From Mycobacteriales bacterium (GTDB lineage Bacteria; Actinomycetota; Actinomycetes; Mycobacteriales; SCTD01): a stretch of DNA of 64,000 nucleotides. The notes beneath the pieces were generated by a model that saw only the letters and a list, made by a program, of their open reading frames with translations, was not told the DNA's origin and searched no databases. Positions 54,495 through 64,000 of this stretch are shown here, piece after piece. Position 1 is the stretch's first letter. Each line of letters opens with the position of its first letter. The stretch lies in the NCBI GenBank assembly GCA_040902655.1, contig JBBDWV010000014.1:32952-96951 (forward strand), given 5' to 3'. Made by a program: the position numbers and the translations under genes.

Positions 54495-55290
54495 CCGGTC
54501 GCAGGTGCACGACGTCGCCCACCGCATAGGTCGTTCCGTCGACGACCAGCCGCCCGGCCTCGTCGACCGCCTCGGCGGTTCCCTCGACCGCACGGTCGCC
54601 CGGCAGCTCGATCCGCACCCGCCGGCCGATCGTGCTGCACCGCTCGCGGTAGCCGGCCCGCGCCGCTCCCGGGTCGGCCAGCACGCCGGTCAGCGCGCGC
54701 AGGACTGCGCGCAGGACGGTGTCCCGGTCGGTGCTGCGCGCGCCGGCCAGCCGCAGCGACGTCGCCCCGTCGTGCGGCAACTCCTCCTGCGCCGTCGTGA
54801 CGTTCAGCCCGATGCCGAGAACGGCGGCGCCCGGCTCGGGCACCTCCACCAACACCCCGCAGACCTTGCGCCCGGCCAGCGGGGCACCCGCCCCCGGCCC
54901 CAGCACCACGTCGTTCGGCCACTTCAGGACAGCGTCGATCCCGGCCCGCTCGCGCAGCGCGGTGGCGACGGCCAGGCCGGTCCACAGCGGCAGCCACGAC
55001 CACTGAGCCGCCGGCAGGTCCGGACGCACCAGCACGCTGAAGGTCAACCCGGCCCGCGGCGGCGAGAGCCAGCTGCGGTCGAGCCGGCCCCGGCCGGCCG
55101 TCTGCGCCTCGGCCACGACGACCAGCCCGCCCGGCTCACCCGCCCGGACCCGCTCGGCGGCGACCGCGTTGGTGGAGGCCGCCTCCTGCAGCAGGAGCAG
55201 CCGCCAGCCGTCCGGCTCCAGCGCCCGGGACAGCGCCCGGGGGTGCAGCGGCGGGCGATCCAGGTCGCCGTACGGAGAGGGGGCAGGCAC
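54487..55290 (-). CDS. birA: biotin--[acetyl-CoA-carboxylase] ligase (no DNA-binding domain)
   Basis: In-frame part of ORF 54487..57111 from the GTG at 55290. QTAGRGRLDRSW, KWPNDV. 267 aa. Confidence 0.88.
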   Translation of the reverse strand: MPAPSPYGDLDRPPLHPRALSRALEPDGWRLLLLQEAASTNAVAAERVRAGEPGGLVVVAEAQTAGRGRLDRSWLSPPRAGLTFSVLVRPDLPAAQWSWLPLWTGLAVATALRERAGIDAVLKWPNDVVLGPGAGAPLAGRKVCGVLVEVPEPGAAVLGIGLNVTTAQEELPHDGATSLRLAGARSTDRDTVLRAVLRALTGVLADPGAARAGYRERCSTIGRRVRIELPGDRAVEGTAEAVDEAGRLVVDGTTYAVGDVVHLRPVS

Positions 55291-55332
55291 CCGTGCAGCC
55301 TGCCCCGCCAGGCCCCTCGATAGCCTCGTGGG

Positions 55333-56946
55333 GTGAGCGCCGAACCTTCCCCCGTACCGACCGAGGACGACCTGCCGCCCGACGCCGACCTGCACACCAC
55401 GGCCGGCAAGCTGGCCGAGCTGCGCCGCCGGAACACCGCGGCGCTGCACGCCGGGAGCGAGAAGGCGCTGGAGAAGCGGCGCAGCCTCGGCAAGCGCACT
55501 GCGCGCGAGCGGATCGAGCTGTTCCTGGACGAGAGCTCCTTCGTCGAGACCGACGCGCTGACCCGGCACCGCGCCCGCGACTTCGGCCTGGAGAACAACC
55601 GGCCGATGGGTGACGGGGTCATCACCGGCTACGGCACGGTGGACGGCCGGCCGGTGTGCGTGTTCAGCCAGGACGCGACCGTCTTCGGCGGGGCGCTCGG
55701 CGAGGTCTACGGCGAGAAGATCGTCAAGGTGATGGATCTCGCACTCCGGAACGGCTGTCCCCTCGTCGGGCTCAACGAGGGCTCCGGCGCCCGGATCCAG
55801 GAGGGGATCATGGGGCTGGCGCTCTACGGCGACATCTTCTACCGCAACGTGATGGCCTCCGGCGTCGTGCCGCAGATCAGCCTGATCCTCGGCAACTGCG
55901 CCGGCGGTCACGTCTACAGCCCCGCGCTCACCGACTTCAACCTCATGGTCGACCAGAACAGCGCGATGATGATCACCGGCCCGGACGTCATCAAGACCGT
56001 GACCGGCGAGGACATCTCGATCGAGGACCTCGGCGGCGCGCGGGCGCACAACAGCAGGTCCGGCGTCGCACACTTCATGAGCGCGGACGAGGACGAGGCG
56101 CTCGGGCTGGCCAAGCTGCTGCTCGGTTACCTGCCGTCGAACAACCTCGAGACCGCCCCGCTGTTCGACGCGCCCGATGCGCTGGACGAGGAGCCGCTGC
56201 TCGAGCTGGACACGGTCATCCCGGACAGCAACAACGCGCCGTACGACATGAAGCACGTGATCGAGGCGGTGCTCGACGACGGCGACTTCCTCGAGGTGCA
56301 GGCGCTCTGGGCGCAGTCGATGGTCTGCGGCTTCGGCCGGATCGAGGGCCGCAGCGTCGGTGTCGTCGCCAACAACCCGATGCACTTCGCCGGCACCCTC
56401 GACATCGACGCCTCCGAGAAGGCGGCCCGGTTCGTGCGCACCTGCGACGCGTTCAACGTGCCGGTGCTGACCTTCTGCGACGTGCCCGGCTTCCTGCCGG
56501 GCGTCGGCCAGGAACACGCCGGCATCATCCGGCGCGGCGCCAAGCTGCTCTACGCCTACTCCGAGGCCACGGTCCCGCTGGTCACGGTCATCACCCGGAA
56601 GGCGTACGGCGGCGCGTACGTCGTGATGGGCTCCAAGCACCTGGGCGCCGACATCAACCTGGCCTGGCCGACCGCGCAGGTCGCGGTCGTCGGCGCGCAG
56701 GGTGCGGTGAACATCATCAAGCGCAAGGAGATCGCGGCCGCGGCCGACCCGGACGAGGCCCGGGCCCGGTTCATCACCGAGTACGAGGACACCTTCGCGA
56801 CGCCCTACATCGCGGCCGAGCGCGGCTTCGTCGACGCCGTGATCGAGCCGTCCGCGACCCGCCGCGAGGTGGCGAAGGCGCTGCGGCTGCTGCAGACCAA
56901 GCGCCAGACGCTGCCGCCGAAGAAGCACGGGAACATCCCGCTGTGA
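55333..56946 (+). CDS. acyl-CoA (propionyl-CoA) carboxylase beta subunit, carboxyltransferase
   Basis: 537 aa. Two crotonase-like CT halves, GGARIQEG. AccD5/PccB-like position next to birA and accE. Confidence 0.92.
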   Translation: MSAEPSPVPTEDDLPPDADLHTTAGKLAELRRRNTAALHAGSEKALEKRRSLGKRTARERIELFLDESSFVETDALTRHRARDFGLENNRPMGDGVITGYGTVDGRPVCVFSQDATVFGGALGEVYGEKIVKVMDLALRNGCPLVGLNEGSGARIQEGIMGLALYGDIFYRNVMASGVVPQISLILGNCAGGHVYSPALTDFNLMVDQNSAMMITGPDVIKTVTGEDISIEDLGGARAHNSRSGVAHFMSADEDEALGLAKLLLGYLPSNNLETAPLFDAPDALDEEPLLELDTVIPDSNNAPYDMKHVIEAVLDDGDFLEVQALWAQSMVCGFGRIEGRSVGVVANNPMHFAGTLDIDASEKAARFVRTCDAFNVPVLTFCDVPGFLPGVGQEHAGIIRRGAKLLYAYSEATVPLVTVITRKAYGGAYVVMGSKHLGADINLAWPTAQVAVVGAQGAVNIIKRKEIAAAADPDEARARFITEYEDTFATPYIAAERGFVDAVIEPSATRREVAKALRLLQTKRQTLPPKKHGNIPL

Positions 56947-56986
56947 CCGGACGTCATGCTGACCCTTCCGCAGAGCTCTCCTCTGA

Positions 56987-57063
56987 GCAGGACGCAACGG
57001 CGACGGCCCACTCCTTGCGTCCTGCTCCCCCCACAGGGGACCTCTCCTCTCAGCAGGACGCAA
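56987..57063. repeat. REP-like palindromic element, 1.5 copies, same family as 9553..9684
   Basis: agcaggacgcaa (56987-56998), ttgcgtcctgct (57015-57026), agcaggacgcaa (57052-57063). The loop contains ccacaggg as at the first locus. Confidence 0.8.
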
Positions 57064-57089
57064 CGGCGGGGGGGCGGCCGCTGCTGACC

Positions 57090-57275
57090 GTGGTCCGCGG
57101 GGAGCCGACACCCGAGCAGCTGGCCGCCCTTCTCGTCGTCGTCGGGGCCCGCGCCACCGCCGTCACCGCGGCCGGCGATGCGCCGCCGGCCCGCCCGCTG
57201 TGGGGCCGCCCGCTCCTGCGCAGCCCGCTGCACCCCGCCCCCGGCGCCTGGCGCGCCTCCGCCCTTCCCCGCTAG
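57090..57275 (+). CDS. acyl-CoA carboxylase epsilon subunit
   Basis: Same frame as the tail of ORF 55656..57275. VVRGEPTPEQLAALLVVVGARA is the AccE/PccE signature. The GTG at 57090 is preferred, but the frame is open back to the GTG at 56943. Confidence 0.7.
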   Translation: MVRGEPTPEQLAALLVVVGARATAVTAAGDAPPARPLWGRPLLRSPLHPAPGAWRASALPR

Positions 57276-57287
57276 GAGCAACGACTC

Positions 57288-59030
57288 GTGCGCAAGGTCC
57301 TGATCGCCAACCGCGGTGAGATCGCCGTCCGGGTCGCCCGCGCCTGCCGCGACGCCGGGCTGCAGTCGGTCGCGGTGTACGCCGAGCCCGACCTCGACGC
57401 GCTGCACGTACGCGTGGCCGACGAGGCCTTCGCGCTGGGCGGCAGCACGCCGGGCGACTCGTACCTGCGGATCGACAAGGTGATCCAGGCGCTGCACGAC
57501 TCCGGTGCCGACGCGGTCCATCCCGGCTACGGCTTCCTGTCGGAGAATGCCGAGTTCGCGCAGGCGGTCATCGATGCGGGCGTCACCTGGATCGGCCCGT
57601 CCCCCGAGGCGATTGCCGCGCTCGGCGACAAGACGACGGCGCGGCACATCGCGCTGAAGATCGGCGCTCCGCTCGCGCCCGGGACCGCCGACCCGGTCAA
57701 GGGCGTCGACGAGGTGCTCGCCTTCGTCGAGGAGCACGGGCTGCCGGTGGCGATCAAGGCTGCGTTCGGTGGCGGCGGCCGCGGGCTGAAGATCGCCCGC
57801 ACCCACGAGGAGATCCCCGAGCTGTACGAATCAGCCGTCCGCGAGGCGGTGGCTGCCTTCGGGCGCGGCGAGTGCTTCGTCGAGCGCTACCTGGACAAGC
57901 CGCGGCACGTCGAGACGCAGGTGCTCGCGGACATGCACGGCAACGTCGTGGTGGTCAGCACGCGCGACTGCTCGCTGCAGCGGCGCTACCAGAAGGTCGT
58001 GGAGGAGGCGCCCGCGCCGTTCCTGTCCACGGAGCAGCAGGCGCAGCTCTACCAGGCGTCCAAGGACATCATCCGGGAGGCGAAGTACGTCGGTGCGGGC
58101 ACCTGCGAATTCCTCGTCGCGCAGGACGGCCTGATCAGCTTTCTGGAGGTCAACACCCGCCTGCAGGTCGAGCACCCGGTGACCGAAGAGGTCGCCGGCA
58201 TCGACCTGGTGCGTGAGCAGTTCCGGATCGCCGACGGTCTCGAGCTCACCTTCTCCGACCCCGAACCGCGCGGCCACTCCTTCGAGTTCCGCATCAACGG
58301 TGAGGACCCCGGCCGGGGCTTCCTCCCGGCACCGGGCGCGGTCACCGTGTTCGTCGCCCCGAGCGGCCCGGGCGTACGGGTGGACTCCGGCGTCGCGTCC
58401 GGCTCGGTCGTCGGCGGGGCCTTCGACTCGCTGCTGGCGAAGCTGATCGTGACCGGCGCGACCCGACAGGAGGCGCTGGAGCGCAGCCGCCGCGCCCTCG
58501 ACGAGCTGCAGGTCGAGGGCATGGCGACGCTGATCCCGTTCCACCGCAAGGTGGTCCGGGACCCGGCGTTCACGAGCGAGCCGTTCACCGTGCACAACCG
58601 CTGGATCGAGACCGAGTTCGACAACGACCTGCCGCCGTTCACGGGTGGCGCCGAGGCACCGGAGCAGGAGCCGCGGGAGAAGGTGGTCGTCGAGGTCGGC
58701 GGCCGACGCCTGGAGGTCTGCCTGCCGGCGGGGCTCGGCGCCTCGGCCGGGGGCCGCGCGAAGAAAGCCGCCCCGCGGCGGTCGGCGAGCAGGGCCGGTG
58801 CCGCTGCGGCGTCCGGGGACTCACTGACGTCGCCGATGCAGGGCACCATCGTCAAGGTGGCCGTGGAGGACGGGGCCCTGGTCGAGGCCGGTGACCTGGT
58901 CGTCGTGCTGGAGGCGATGAAGATGGAGCAGCCCATCAACGCGCACAAGGCGGGCACGGTCAGCGGGCTGCGTGCCGCGGTCGGCGAGGTCGTCACCAGC
59001 GGCGCCGCGCTCTGCGAGATCAAGGACTGA
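57288..59030 (+). CDS. acetyl/propionyl-CoA carboxylase alpha subunit (biotin carboxylase + BCCP)
   Basis: 580 aa. [23 protein letters not shown]-grasp body, biotinyl-Lys motif [11 protein letters not shown]. Confidence 0.92.
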   Translation: MRKVLIANRGEIAVRVARACRDAGLQSVAVYAEPDLDALHVRVADEAFALGGSTPGDSYLRIDKVIQALHDSGADAVHPGYGFLSENAEFAQAVIDAGVTWIGPSPEAIAALGDKTTARHIALKIGAPLAPGTADPVKGVDEVLAFVEEHGLPVAIKAAFGGGGRGLKIARTHEEIPELYESAVREAVAAFGRGECFVERYLDKPRHVETQVLADMHGNVVVVSTRDCSLQRRYQKVVEEAPAPFLSTEQQAQLYQASKDIIREAKYVGAGTCEFLVAQDGLISFLEVNTRLQVEHPVTEEVAGIDLVREQFRIADGLELTFSDPEPRGHSFEFRINGEDPGRGFLPAPGAVTVFVAPSGPGVRVDSGVASGSVVGGAFDSLLAKLIVTGATRQEALERSRRALDELQVEGMATLIPFHRKVVRDPAFTSEPFTVHNRWIETEFDNDLPPFTGGAEAPEQEPREKVVVEVGGRRLEVCLPAGLGASAGGRAKKAAPRRSASRAGAAAASGDSLTSPMQGTIVKVAVEDGALVEAGDLVVVLEAMKMEQPINAHKAGTVSGLRAAVGEVVTSGAALCEIKD

Positions 59031-59044
59031 GCGACGCCGCCCGC

Positions 59045-60013
59045 CTACGGCAGGTCGACCAGCACCTTGCCCGGCGTGTTGGCCTGCACGGCGTCGTGCG
59101 CCGCGGCGATCTCGGCGAGCGGGAAGCGGGTCGTGGGCAGGCCGGGCAGGTCACCGGCGGCAACAGCCGACGAGACGCCGGCCACCGCGGCGTCGAGCGC
59201 AGCGTCGGCCAGGCCGTAGAGGAGCACGAACTGCAGGGTCAGGTTGGCGACCATCAGCGGCCGGACGGAGGTGTGCAGCTCGTCGTCGGCGTAGGTCGAC
59301 ACGACCGCCCGCGGGGCGACGACGGCCAGGTCGAGCGCGAGGTTCGCGCCGAGGGCCACCTCGACGATCCGGTCGATCCCCTCGGGCGCGGCAGCCCGTA
59401 CCTGCCCCGCGGCGTCCGCCGCGCGGTAGTCCACGACCGCGTGTGCGCCCGCGGCCCGGGCCAGCTCGGCCTTGGCCGGCGTGCTGGTCGTCGCGACCAC
59501 CTGCGCACCGGCCCGCCGGGCCAGCGCGACGGCGGCGTTGCCGACCGCCCCGGCCCCGCCGGCGACGAGTACGGAACGACCGGAGAGCGGACCGTCGGCG
59601 AACAGGCAGTGCCAGGCCGTCACCGCGGGCACGCCCAGACCGGCTCCGGCGTCGAAGGAGACCTCGTCGGGCAGCCGGACGGCCTGCCGCTCCGGGACGA
59701 CCGTCCACTGGGCGGCGCTGCCCCACTGCCGGCCGCGGGCGGCCGCGAACCACACCCAGACCCGTTCTCCGAGCCGTCCCGTGTCGACACCCGGGCCCAC
59801 CGCGTCGACCTCACCGGCGCCGTCCTGACCCGGGATCTGGAAGTCGGCGGTGGGCGCGGTACCGGAGCGGATCTTCCAGTCGGTCGGATTGACGCCGGCG
59901 ACGCGCAGGCGGACCCGGACCTCCCCCGGACCCGGCTCGGGGGTGGCGACCTCCTCGACCGTGAGGACGTCGGAGGCTCCGGTGCTGCGGTAGGTGGCGG
60001 CGAGCATGAGCAC
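59045..60013 (-). CDS. NADPH:quinone reductase / zinc-type MDR oxidoreductase
   Basis: 322 aa. VRVAGVNPTDWK, AGGAGAVGNAAVALA. Confidence 0.85.
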   Translation of the reverse strand: MLMLAATYRSTGASDVLTVEEVATPEPGPGEVRVRLRVAGVNPTDWKIRSGTAPTADFQIPGQDGAGEVDAVGPGVDTGRLGERVWVWFAAARGRQWGSAAQWTVVPERQAVRLPDEVSFDAGAGLGVPAVTAWHCLFADGPLSGRSVLVAGGAGAVGNAAVALARRAGAQVVATTSTPAKAELARAAGAHAVVDYRAADAAGQVRAAAPEGIDRIVEVALGANLALDLAVVAPRAVVSTYADDELHTSVRPLMVANLTLQFVLLYGLADAALDAAVAGVSSAVAAGDLPGLPTTRFPLAEIAAAHDAVQANTPGKVLVDLP

Positions 60014-60083
60014 AGCCTCACATGTCCCGGGCTCACCTGTCTCGGGCCCCCGGTCAGGGGGCTGCGGCCGGCAGCAGACGGGT

Positions 60084-61457
60084 CTACTCCTCGTGCAGCA
60101 TCAGCTGCCGGGCCGCCTCGGTGACCGAGCCGGACAACGACGGGTAGATCGCGAAGGTGTGCGCGATCTGGTCCGCGGTCAGCCCGTGCTGCACGGCCAG
60201 CGAGATCGGCATGATCAGCTCGCTGGCGTTCGGCCCGACGACGACGCCACCGAGCACGGTCCCGGAGCCCGGGCGGCAGAAGAACTTCACGAAGCCGTCG
60301 GTGATGCCCTGCATCTTGGCCCGCGCGTTGGTGGCCAGCGGCAGCATCACGCTCTGCGCCATCACGGCGCCGGATTCGACCTGCGTCTGCGTCACCCCGA
60401 CGGAGGCGACCTGCGGGTCGGTGAAGACGTTGGCCGAGACCGTGCCGAGGCGCAGCGGAGCGACCGCCTCGCCGAGCGCGTGCCACATCGCGATGCGGCC
60501 CTGCATCGCCGCGACGGACGCGAGCATCAGGACCCCTGTGCAGTCACCGGCGGCGTAGACACCGGGGACGGTGGTGCGCGAGACCCGGTCGACCTGCACG
60601 AAGCCGCTGTCGGTGAGCGCGACGCCCGCCTCCTCCAGCCCCATGTCGGCGGTGTTGGGCACCGAGCCCACCGTCATCAACGCGTGCGACCCCTCGACCG
60701 TGGTCCCGTCGGTGAGATGTACGACGACGCCGTCGCCGGTGCGCTCGACCCGGGCCGCGCGGCCGCGGTGGACGTTCATGCCGCGGCGCTCGAAGACCGT
60801 CTGCAACAGCTCGGCGGCATCGACGTCCTCGCCCGGCAGCACCCTGTCCCGGCTGGAGACGAGCGTCACCCGTGAGCCCACGGCGAGATAGGCGTTGGCG
60901 AACTCCGCGCCGGTGACACCGGAGCCGATGACCACCAGGTGTTCGGGCAGCTCCGGGAGGTCGTACAGCTGACGCCAGTCGAGGACCCGCTCACCGTCGG
61001 GCTCCGCGCCCGGGACGACCCGTGGGTGGGCGCCGGTGGCCATGAGCACGACGTCGGCGGCGAGCTCGGAGCGGTGCCCGTCGGAGGCGGTGACCTCGAC
61101 CAGCGAGGCGCCGTGGAGGCGGGCCGCACCGTGCACGACGGCCACCCCCTCGCGGGTCAGCCGGCGGGTGATGTCGGCCGACTGGGCCAGCGCGAGGGCC
61201 TTGACCCGCGCGTTGACCTCGTCGACGGCGGTCAGCACGTCACCCACGGCCTTGACGCCCACCCGGTCCGCCTGCGAGAAGGCGGTCATCGCCTCGCTGG
61301 TGGCGATGAAGGTCTTGGAGGGGACGCAGTCGGACAGGACGCACTGGCCGCCGACGCCGTCCCGGTCGACCAGCGTCACGGCGGCGCCGAGCTGCACGGC
61401 TACCAGCGCCGCCTCGTAGCCGGCCGGTCCTCCACCGATGATGGCGATGCGTGTCAT
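60084..61457 (-). CDS. pyridine nucleotide-disulfide flavoprotein, NAD(P)H-quinone dehydrogenase / Lpd-like (Rv3303c-like)
   Basis: In-frame part of ORF 60084..62030 from the ATG at 61457. IIGGGPAGYEAA, redox-active GGQCVLSDCVPSK. Confidence 0.85.
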   Translation of the reverse strand: MTRIAIIGGGPAGYEAALVAVQLGAAVTLVDRDGVGGQCVLSDCVPSKTFIATSEAMTAFSQADRVGVKAVGDVLTAVDEVNARVKALALAQSADITRRLTREGVAVVHGAARLHGASLVEVTASDGHRSELAADVVLMATGAHPRVVPGAEPDGERVLDWRQLYDLPELPEHLVVIGSGVTGAEFANAYLAVGSRVTLVSSRDRVLPGEDVDAAELLQTVFERRGMNVHRGRAARVERTGDGVVVHLTDGTTVEGSHALMTVGSVPNTADMGLEEAGVALTDSGFVQVDRVSRTTVPGVYAAGDCTGVLMLASVAAMQGRIAMWHALGEAVAPLRLGTVSANVFTDPQVASVGVTQTQVESGAVMAQSVMLPLATNARAKMQGITDGFVKFFCRPGSGTVLGGVVVGPNASELIMPISLAVQHGLTADQIAHTFAIYPSLSGSVTEAARQLMLHEE

Positions 61458-61547
61458 GAGACCATTGTCCCGCACGCCGCTGCAGCGGGGGGATGCGCAG
61501 GGACCTCGGGAGCGGGCGTGCACCGGCCACCGACTGCGGGAGATGCC

Positions 61548-62147
61548 ATGATTCGCCTCCGCTGCACCGTCCTGGCCGCCGCTGCGGTCACCGCCCTCGC
61601 CGGCTGCGGCAGCGGTGACGACCCCACCATTCAGCCGCCTCCGCCCGGAGCCGCCGGCGACACCGTCTCCGCGGCGCTGGTCGGCGCCGACGGCAGTGAG
61701 CAGGGGACGGTGGAGATGGAGTTCACCGCCGACGGCGCCGTCCTCACGGTGCAGGCCACCGGACTCCCCCCGGGCCTGCACGGCCTGCACGTGCACAAGA
61801 CCGGGACCTGCGAGCCGGACAGTACGGACCCGGCGGCACCGGACAAGCGCGGCGCATTCCTGTCGGCCGGTGGCCACCTGGCCGCCGACGGCCAGACGCA
61901 CGGCGACCACGACGGCGACCTGCCGAGCCTGCTCGTGCGGGCGGACGGGAGCGCCCGGCTCGTCGTGGCCAGCGACCGGTTGACGCGGGAGAACGTGCTG
62001 GACGCCGACGGGAGCGCAGTGATGGTGCACGCGGAGGCCGACAACTTCGGCAACGTGCCGGACCGCTATGTCGCGCAGCCCGACGAGACGACGACCAAGA
62101 CCGGCGACGCCGGCGCCCGGCTGGCCTGCGCGGCACTGACCGGCTGA
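61548..62147 (+). CDS. sodC: Cu/Zn superoxide dismutase lipoprotein
   Basis: In-frame part of ORF 60939..62147 from the ATG at 61548. Lipobox ALAGCGS, GLHGLHVHKTGTCE, HGDHDGDLPSL. Confidence 0.88.
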   Translation: MIRLRCTVLAAAAVTALAGCGSGDDPTIQPPPPGAAGDTVSAALVGADGSEQGTVEMEFTADGAVLTVQATGLPPGLHGLHVHKTGTCEPDSTDPAAPDKRGAFLSAGGHLAADGQTHGDHDGDLPSLLVRADGSARLVVASDRLTRENVLDADGSAVMVHAEADNFGNVPDRYVAQPDETTTKTGDAGARLACAALTG

Positions 62148-62170
62148 GCCGGCTGGCTAGTCTCTGCCGC

Positions 62171-62623
62171 ATGGCGCTCTACGCGGCGTACGGCAGCAAC
62201 CTCGATCCCGAGCAGATGCTCCGTCGCTGCCCCCACTCCCCGGTCGCCGGCACCGGCTGGCTGGAGGGCTGGCGGCTCACCTTCGGCGGCGAGGACCTCG
62301 GCTGGGAGGGATCCCTCGCCACCCTCGTCGAGGCCTTCGGTGAGCACGTCTTCGTCGGCCTCTACGACATGACCGACGGGGACGCCGAGCAGCTCGACGC
62401 CTGGGAGGGCGCCGACACCGGGCTCTACCGCAAGATCCGCATCCGGGCGCAGACGCTGGAGGGCGAACGACTGGCCTGGGTCTACGTGCTGGACGGGTAC
62501 GAAGGCGGCCTGCCGTCGGCCCGCTACCTCGGTGTGCTGGCGGACGCGGCGGAGGCCGCGGGCGCCCCGGACGACTACGTCCGAGAGCTGCGCACCCGCC
62601 CCTGCCGGTCCTCCGGCCCCTGA
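62171..62623 (+). CDS. gamma-glutamylcyclotransferase (AIG2-like) family protein
   Basis: 150 aa. N-terminal YAAYGSNL motif. Confidence 0.75.
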   Translation: MALYAAYGSNLDPEQMLRRCPHSPVAGTGWLEGWRLTFGGEDLGWEGSLATLVEAFGEHVFVGLYDMTDGDAEQLDAWEGADTGLYRKIRIRAQTLEGERLAWVYVLDGYEGGLPSARYLGVLADAAEAAGAPDDYVRELRTRPCRSSGP

Positions 62624-62637
62624 CGCGCCCGCCGCGG

Positions 62638-63822
62638 TCAGGCTGCGGACAGCGCCGCGAGGGCCACCGCCACGAGCACGCGTACGGCGACCGGCAGCGC
62701 GGCCTCGTCGACGTCGAAGGTGCCCTGGTGCAGGTCGTGCGGGTGCTCCTGGCCCGGTGCCTTCACACCGAGGCGGGCCATCGCGCCGGGGATGTGGTCC
62801 AGATACCACGCGAAGTCCTCGCCGCCGAGCGACTGCAGGGTGGGAACGGCCGCGTGTGGGCCGAGGGCCCGGCGCACCGCGGCGGCGAACAGGGTGGTCG
62901 CCGACTGGTCGTTGACCACCGGCGGCACGCCACGCCGGTAGTGCACCTCGGCGTGCGCGCCGTAGGGCGCCACGAGCCCGTCGACGATGCGCTGCACCAT
63001 CTGCGGCGCGTCGTGCCAGGCGTCCTTCTCCAACACCCGGAGCGTGCCCTTCAGGACTCCGCTGCGCGGGATGGCGTTGGCGGCGACACCGGCGGACACG
63101 TGTCCCCAGACCAGGCACAGCCCGGCGCGTGGATCGACAAGTCGGGACAGCGCGTCCGGCAGCCCGGTCGCAACGGTGGCCAGGACATGCACGAGGTCGA
63201 CCGTGTTGTGCGGCCGGGAGGTGTGGCCGCCCGGGCCCGTCAGGACGATGTCGAGCGCGTCGGCCGCGGCGGTGATGGCGCCGGACTTCAGCCCGACCCG
63301 GCCGACCTCCAGCGCCGGGTCGCAGTGCAGCCCGAACACCGAGTCGACGCCGTCCAGCCAGCCCTCGGCGAGGACGTCGAGCGCCCCACCCGGCATCTGC
63401 TCCTCGGCCGGTTGGAAGACCAGCCGCACCGTACCGGTCAGCGCGTCGGACAGGGACGCCAGCGCGAGACCGGCACCGAGCAGCGCTGCGGTGTGCACGT
63501 CGTGGCCGCAGGCGTGGCACAGCCCGGGCACGGTCGAGCGGTACGGCACCAGCTTCTCGTCCTGCAGCGGCAGGGCGTCGATGTCGGCGCGCAACACCAC
63601 GACGGGGCCACTGCCCGTACCGATGTCGCAGACCACCCCGGTGCCGCGACCCAGCACCTTCGGCGTCAGCCCCACCGCGCGCAACCGGTCGACGAGCAGC
63701 GCGGTGGTGCGATGCTCGGCGTTGCTGAGCTCCGGGTGGGCGTGCAGGTCGCGACGCACCGCGACCAGTTCCCCGGCGTACGCCACCAGCCAGCTGTCCG
63801 CGACGGAGGGGGAAAGGTTCAC
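62638..63822 (-). CDS. M20-family amidohydrolase (N-acyl-L-amino acid amidohydrolase type)
   Basis: 394 aa. HAHPELSNAEHRT, ACGHDVHTA. GTG start overlaps the upstream stop (GTGA). Confidence 0.88.
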   Translation of the reverse strand: MNLSPSVADSWLVAYAGELVAVRRDLHAHPELSNAEHRTTALLVDRLRAVGLTPKVLGRGTGVVCDIGTGSGPVVVLRADIDALPLQDEKLVPYRSTVPGLCHACGHDVHTAALLGAGLALASLSDALTGTVRLVFQPAEEQMPGGALDVLAEGWLDGVDSVFGLHCDPALEVGRVGLKSGAITAAADALDIVLTGPGGHTSRPHNTVDLVHVLATVATGLPDALSRLVDPRAGLCLVWGHVSAGVAANAIPRSGVLKGTLRVLEKDAWHDAPQMVQRIVDGLVAPYGAHAEVHYRRGVPPVVNDQSATTLFAAAVRRALGPHAAVPTLQSLGGEDFAWYLDHIPGAMARLGVKAPGQEHPHDLHQGTFDVDEAALPVAVRVLVAVALAALSAA

Positions 63823-64000
63823 GACGCGGCCCCGGCAGCTCCCGGCTGGCCGGTGACCGCCACGGGCCGGCGCGGCGGCAGCACGATCGGCCGGCCGAGC
63901 TCGAACTCCTCGAGCAGGTGGTCGACGACGGCACTGAGGTCACCGCCGCTGGCCGCCGCGACCGTGCGCTGCCGCTGGTAGGACGCGCCCCCGTCGAGCA
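63819..64000 (-). CDS. C-terminal fragment of an unidentified protein (gene starts beyond the right edge)
   Basis: Own translation: ...LDGGASYQRQRTVAAASGGDLSAVVDHLLEEFELGRPIVLPPRRPVAVTGQPGAAGAAS-stop. The stop overlaps the M20 start. Not in the ORF track. Confidence 0.4.
   Translation of the reverse strand, partial: LDGGASYQRQRTVAAASGGDLSAVVDHLLEEFELGRPIVLPPRRPVAVTGQPGAAGAAS

Noticed and set aside
56943-57275. Long version of accE starting at the GTG that overlaps the beta-subunit stop
   Set aside because: It is possible, since the frame is open. However, the extra 49 codons consist of the repeat element, and the AccE signature begins right at the GTG at 57090. The short form is annotated and the ambiguity is flagged in the findings.
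60939-62147. 402-aa ORF containing sodC
   Set aside because: Only the last 199 codons, from the ATG at 61548 (with lipobox), look like Cu/Zn SOD. The upstream part is antisense to the Lpd-like gene.

Overview
Very GC-rich actinobacterial chromosome segment (about 70% GC or more by eye, not computed). No tools were used: calls rest on motifs read in the translations, start/stop overlaps and Shine-Dalgarno inspection. Most long ORFs in the supplied track are out-of-frame or antisense artefacts of the GC content, and about 60 genes are supportable. Positions 1-40956 are dominated by a cell-envelope glycopolymer locus. It holds manC(partial)-wbbL, nine GT2/GT4 glycosyltransferases in total, three large GT-C-like membrane proteins and a polyprenol-phosphate GT2. 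It also holds a Wzm/Wzt ABC exporter, three SAM methyltransferases, an acetyltransferase, rmlA-rmlB-rmlD and a divergent LCP ligase with a coupled TIGR03089-like gene. Embedded in it are four peptidoglycan-hydrolase-type proteins (a SpoIID-domain protein, an M23-like lipoprotein, two Amidase_2 paralogs with Ig-like repeats) and an unrelated SNF2 helicase. Positions 41051-64000 are ordinary core metabolism: LpqC-like esterases, two acyl-CoA dehydrogenases, a UDP-sugar dehydrogenase, purE/purK, a PTP, GtrA, gpx, HMG-CoA lyase, birA, acyl-CoA carboxylase beta/epsilon/alpha, qor, an Lpd-like flavoprotein, sodC and an M20 amidohydrolase. Gene order recalls the M. tuberculosis Rv3264c-Rv3306c region (from memory). 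I found no tRNA, rRNA, CRISPR array, transposase or integrase. The most notable observations are listed here. (1) About 34 kb of glycan genes lie between wbbL and rmlD. (2) A REP-like 66-bp palindromic repeat family occurs at two distant loci. (3) Several long, perfect, relatively AT-rich palindromes sit in intergenic spacers. (4) Three short tandem duplications each copy a gene stop/start junction. I could not identify a clearly novel, self-contained system such as a defence island. The glycopolymer pathway is the best candidate for undescribed biology, and that is an inference.
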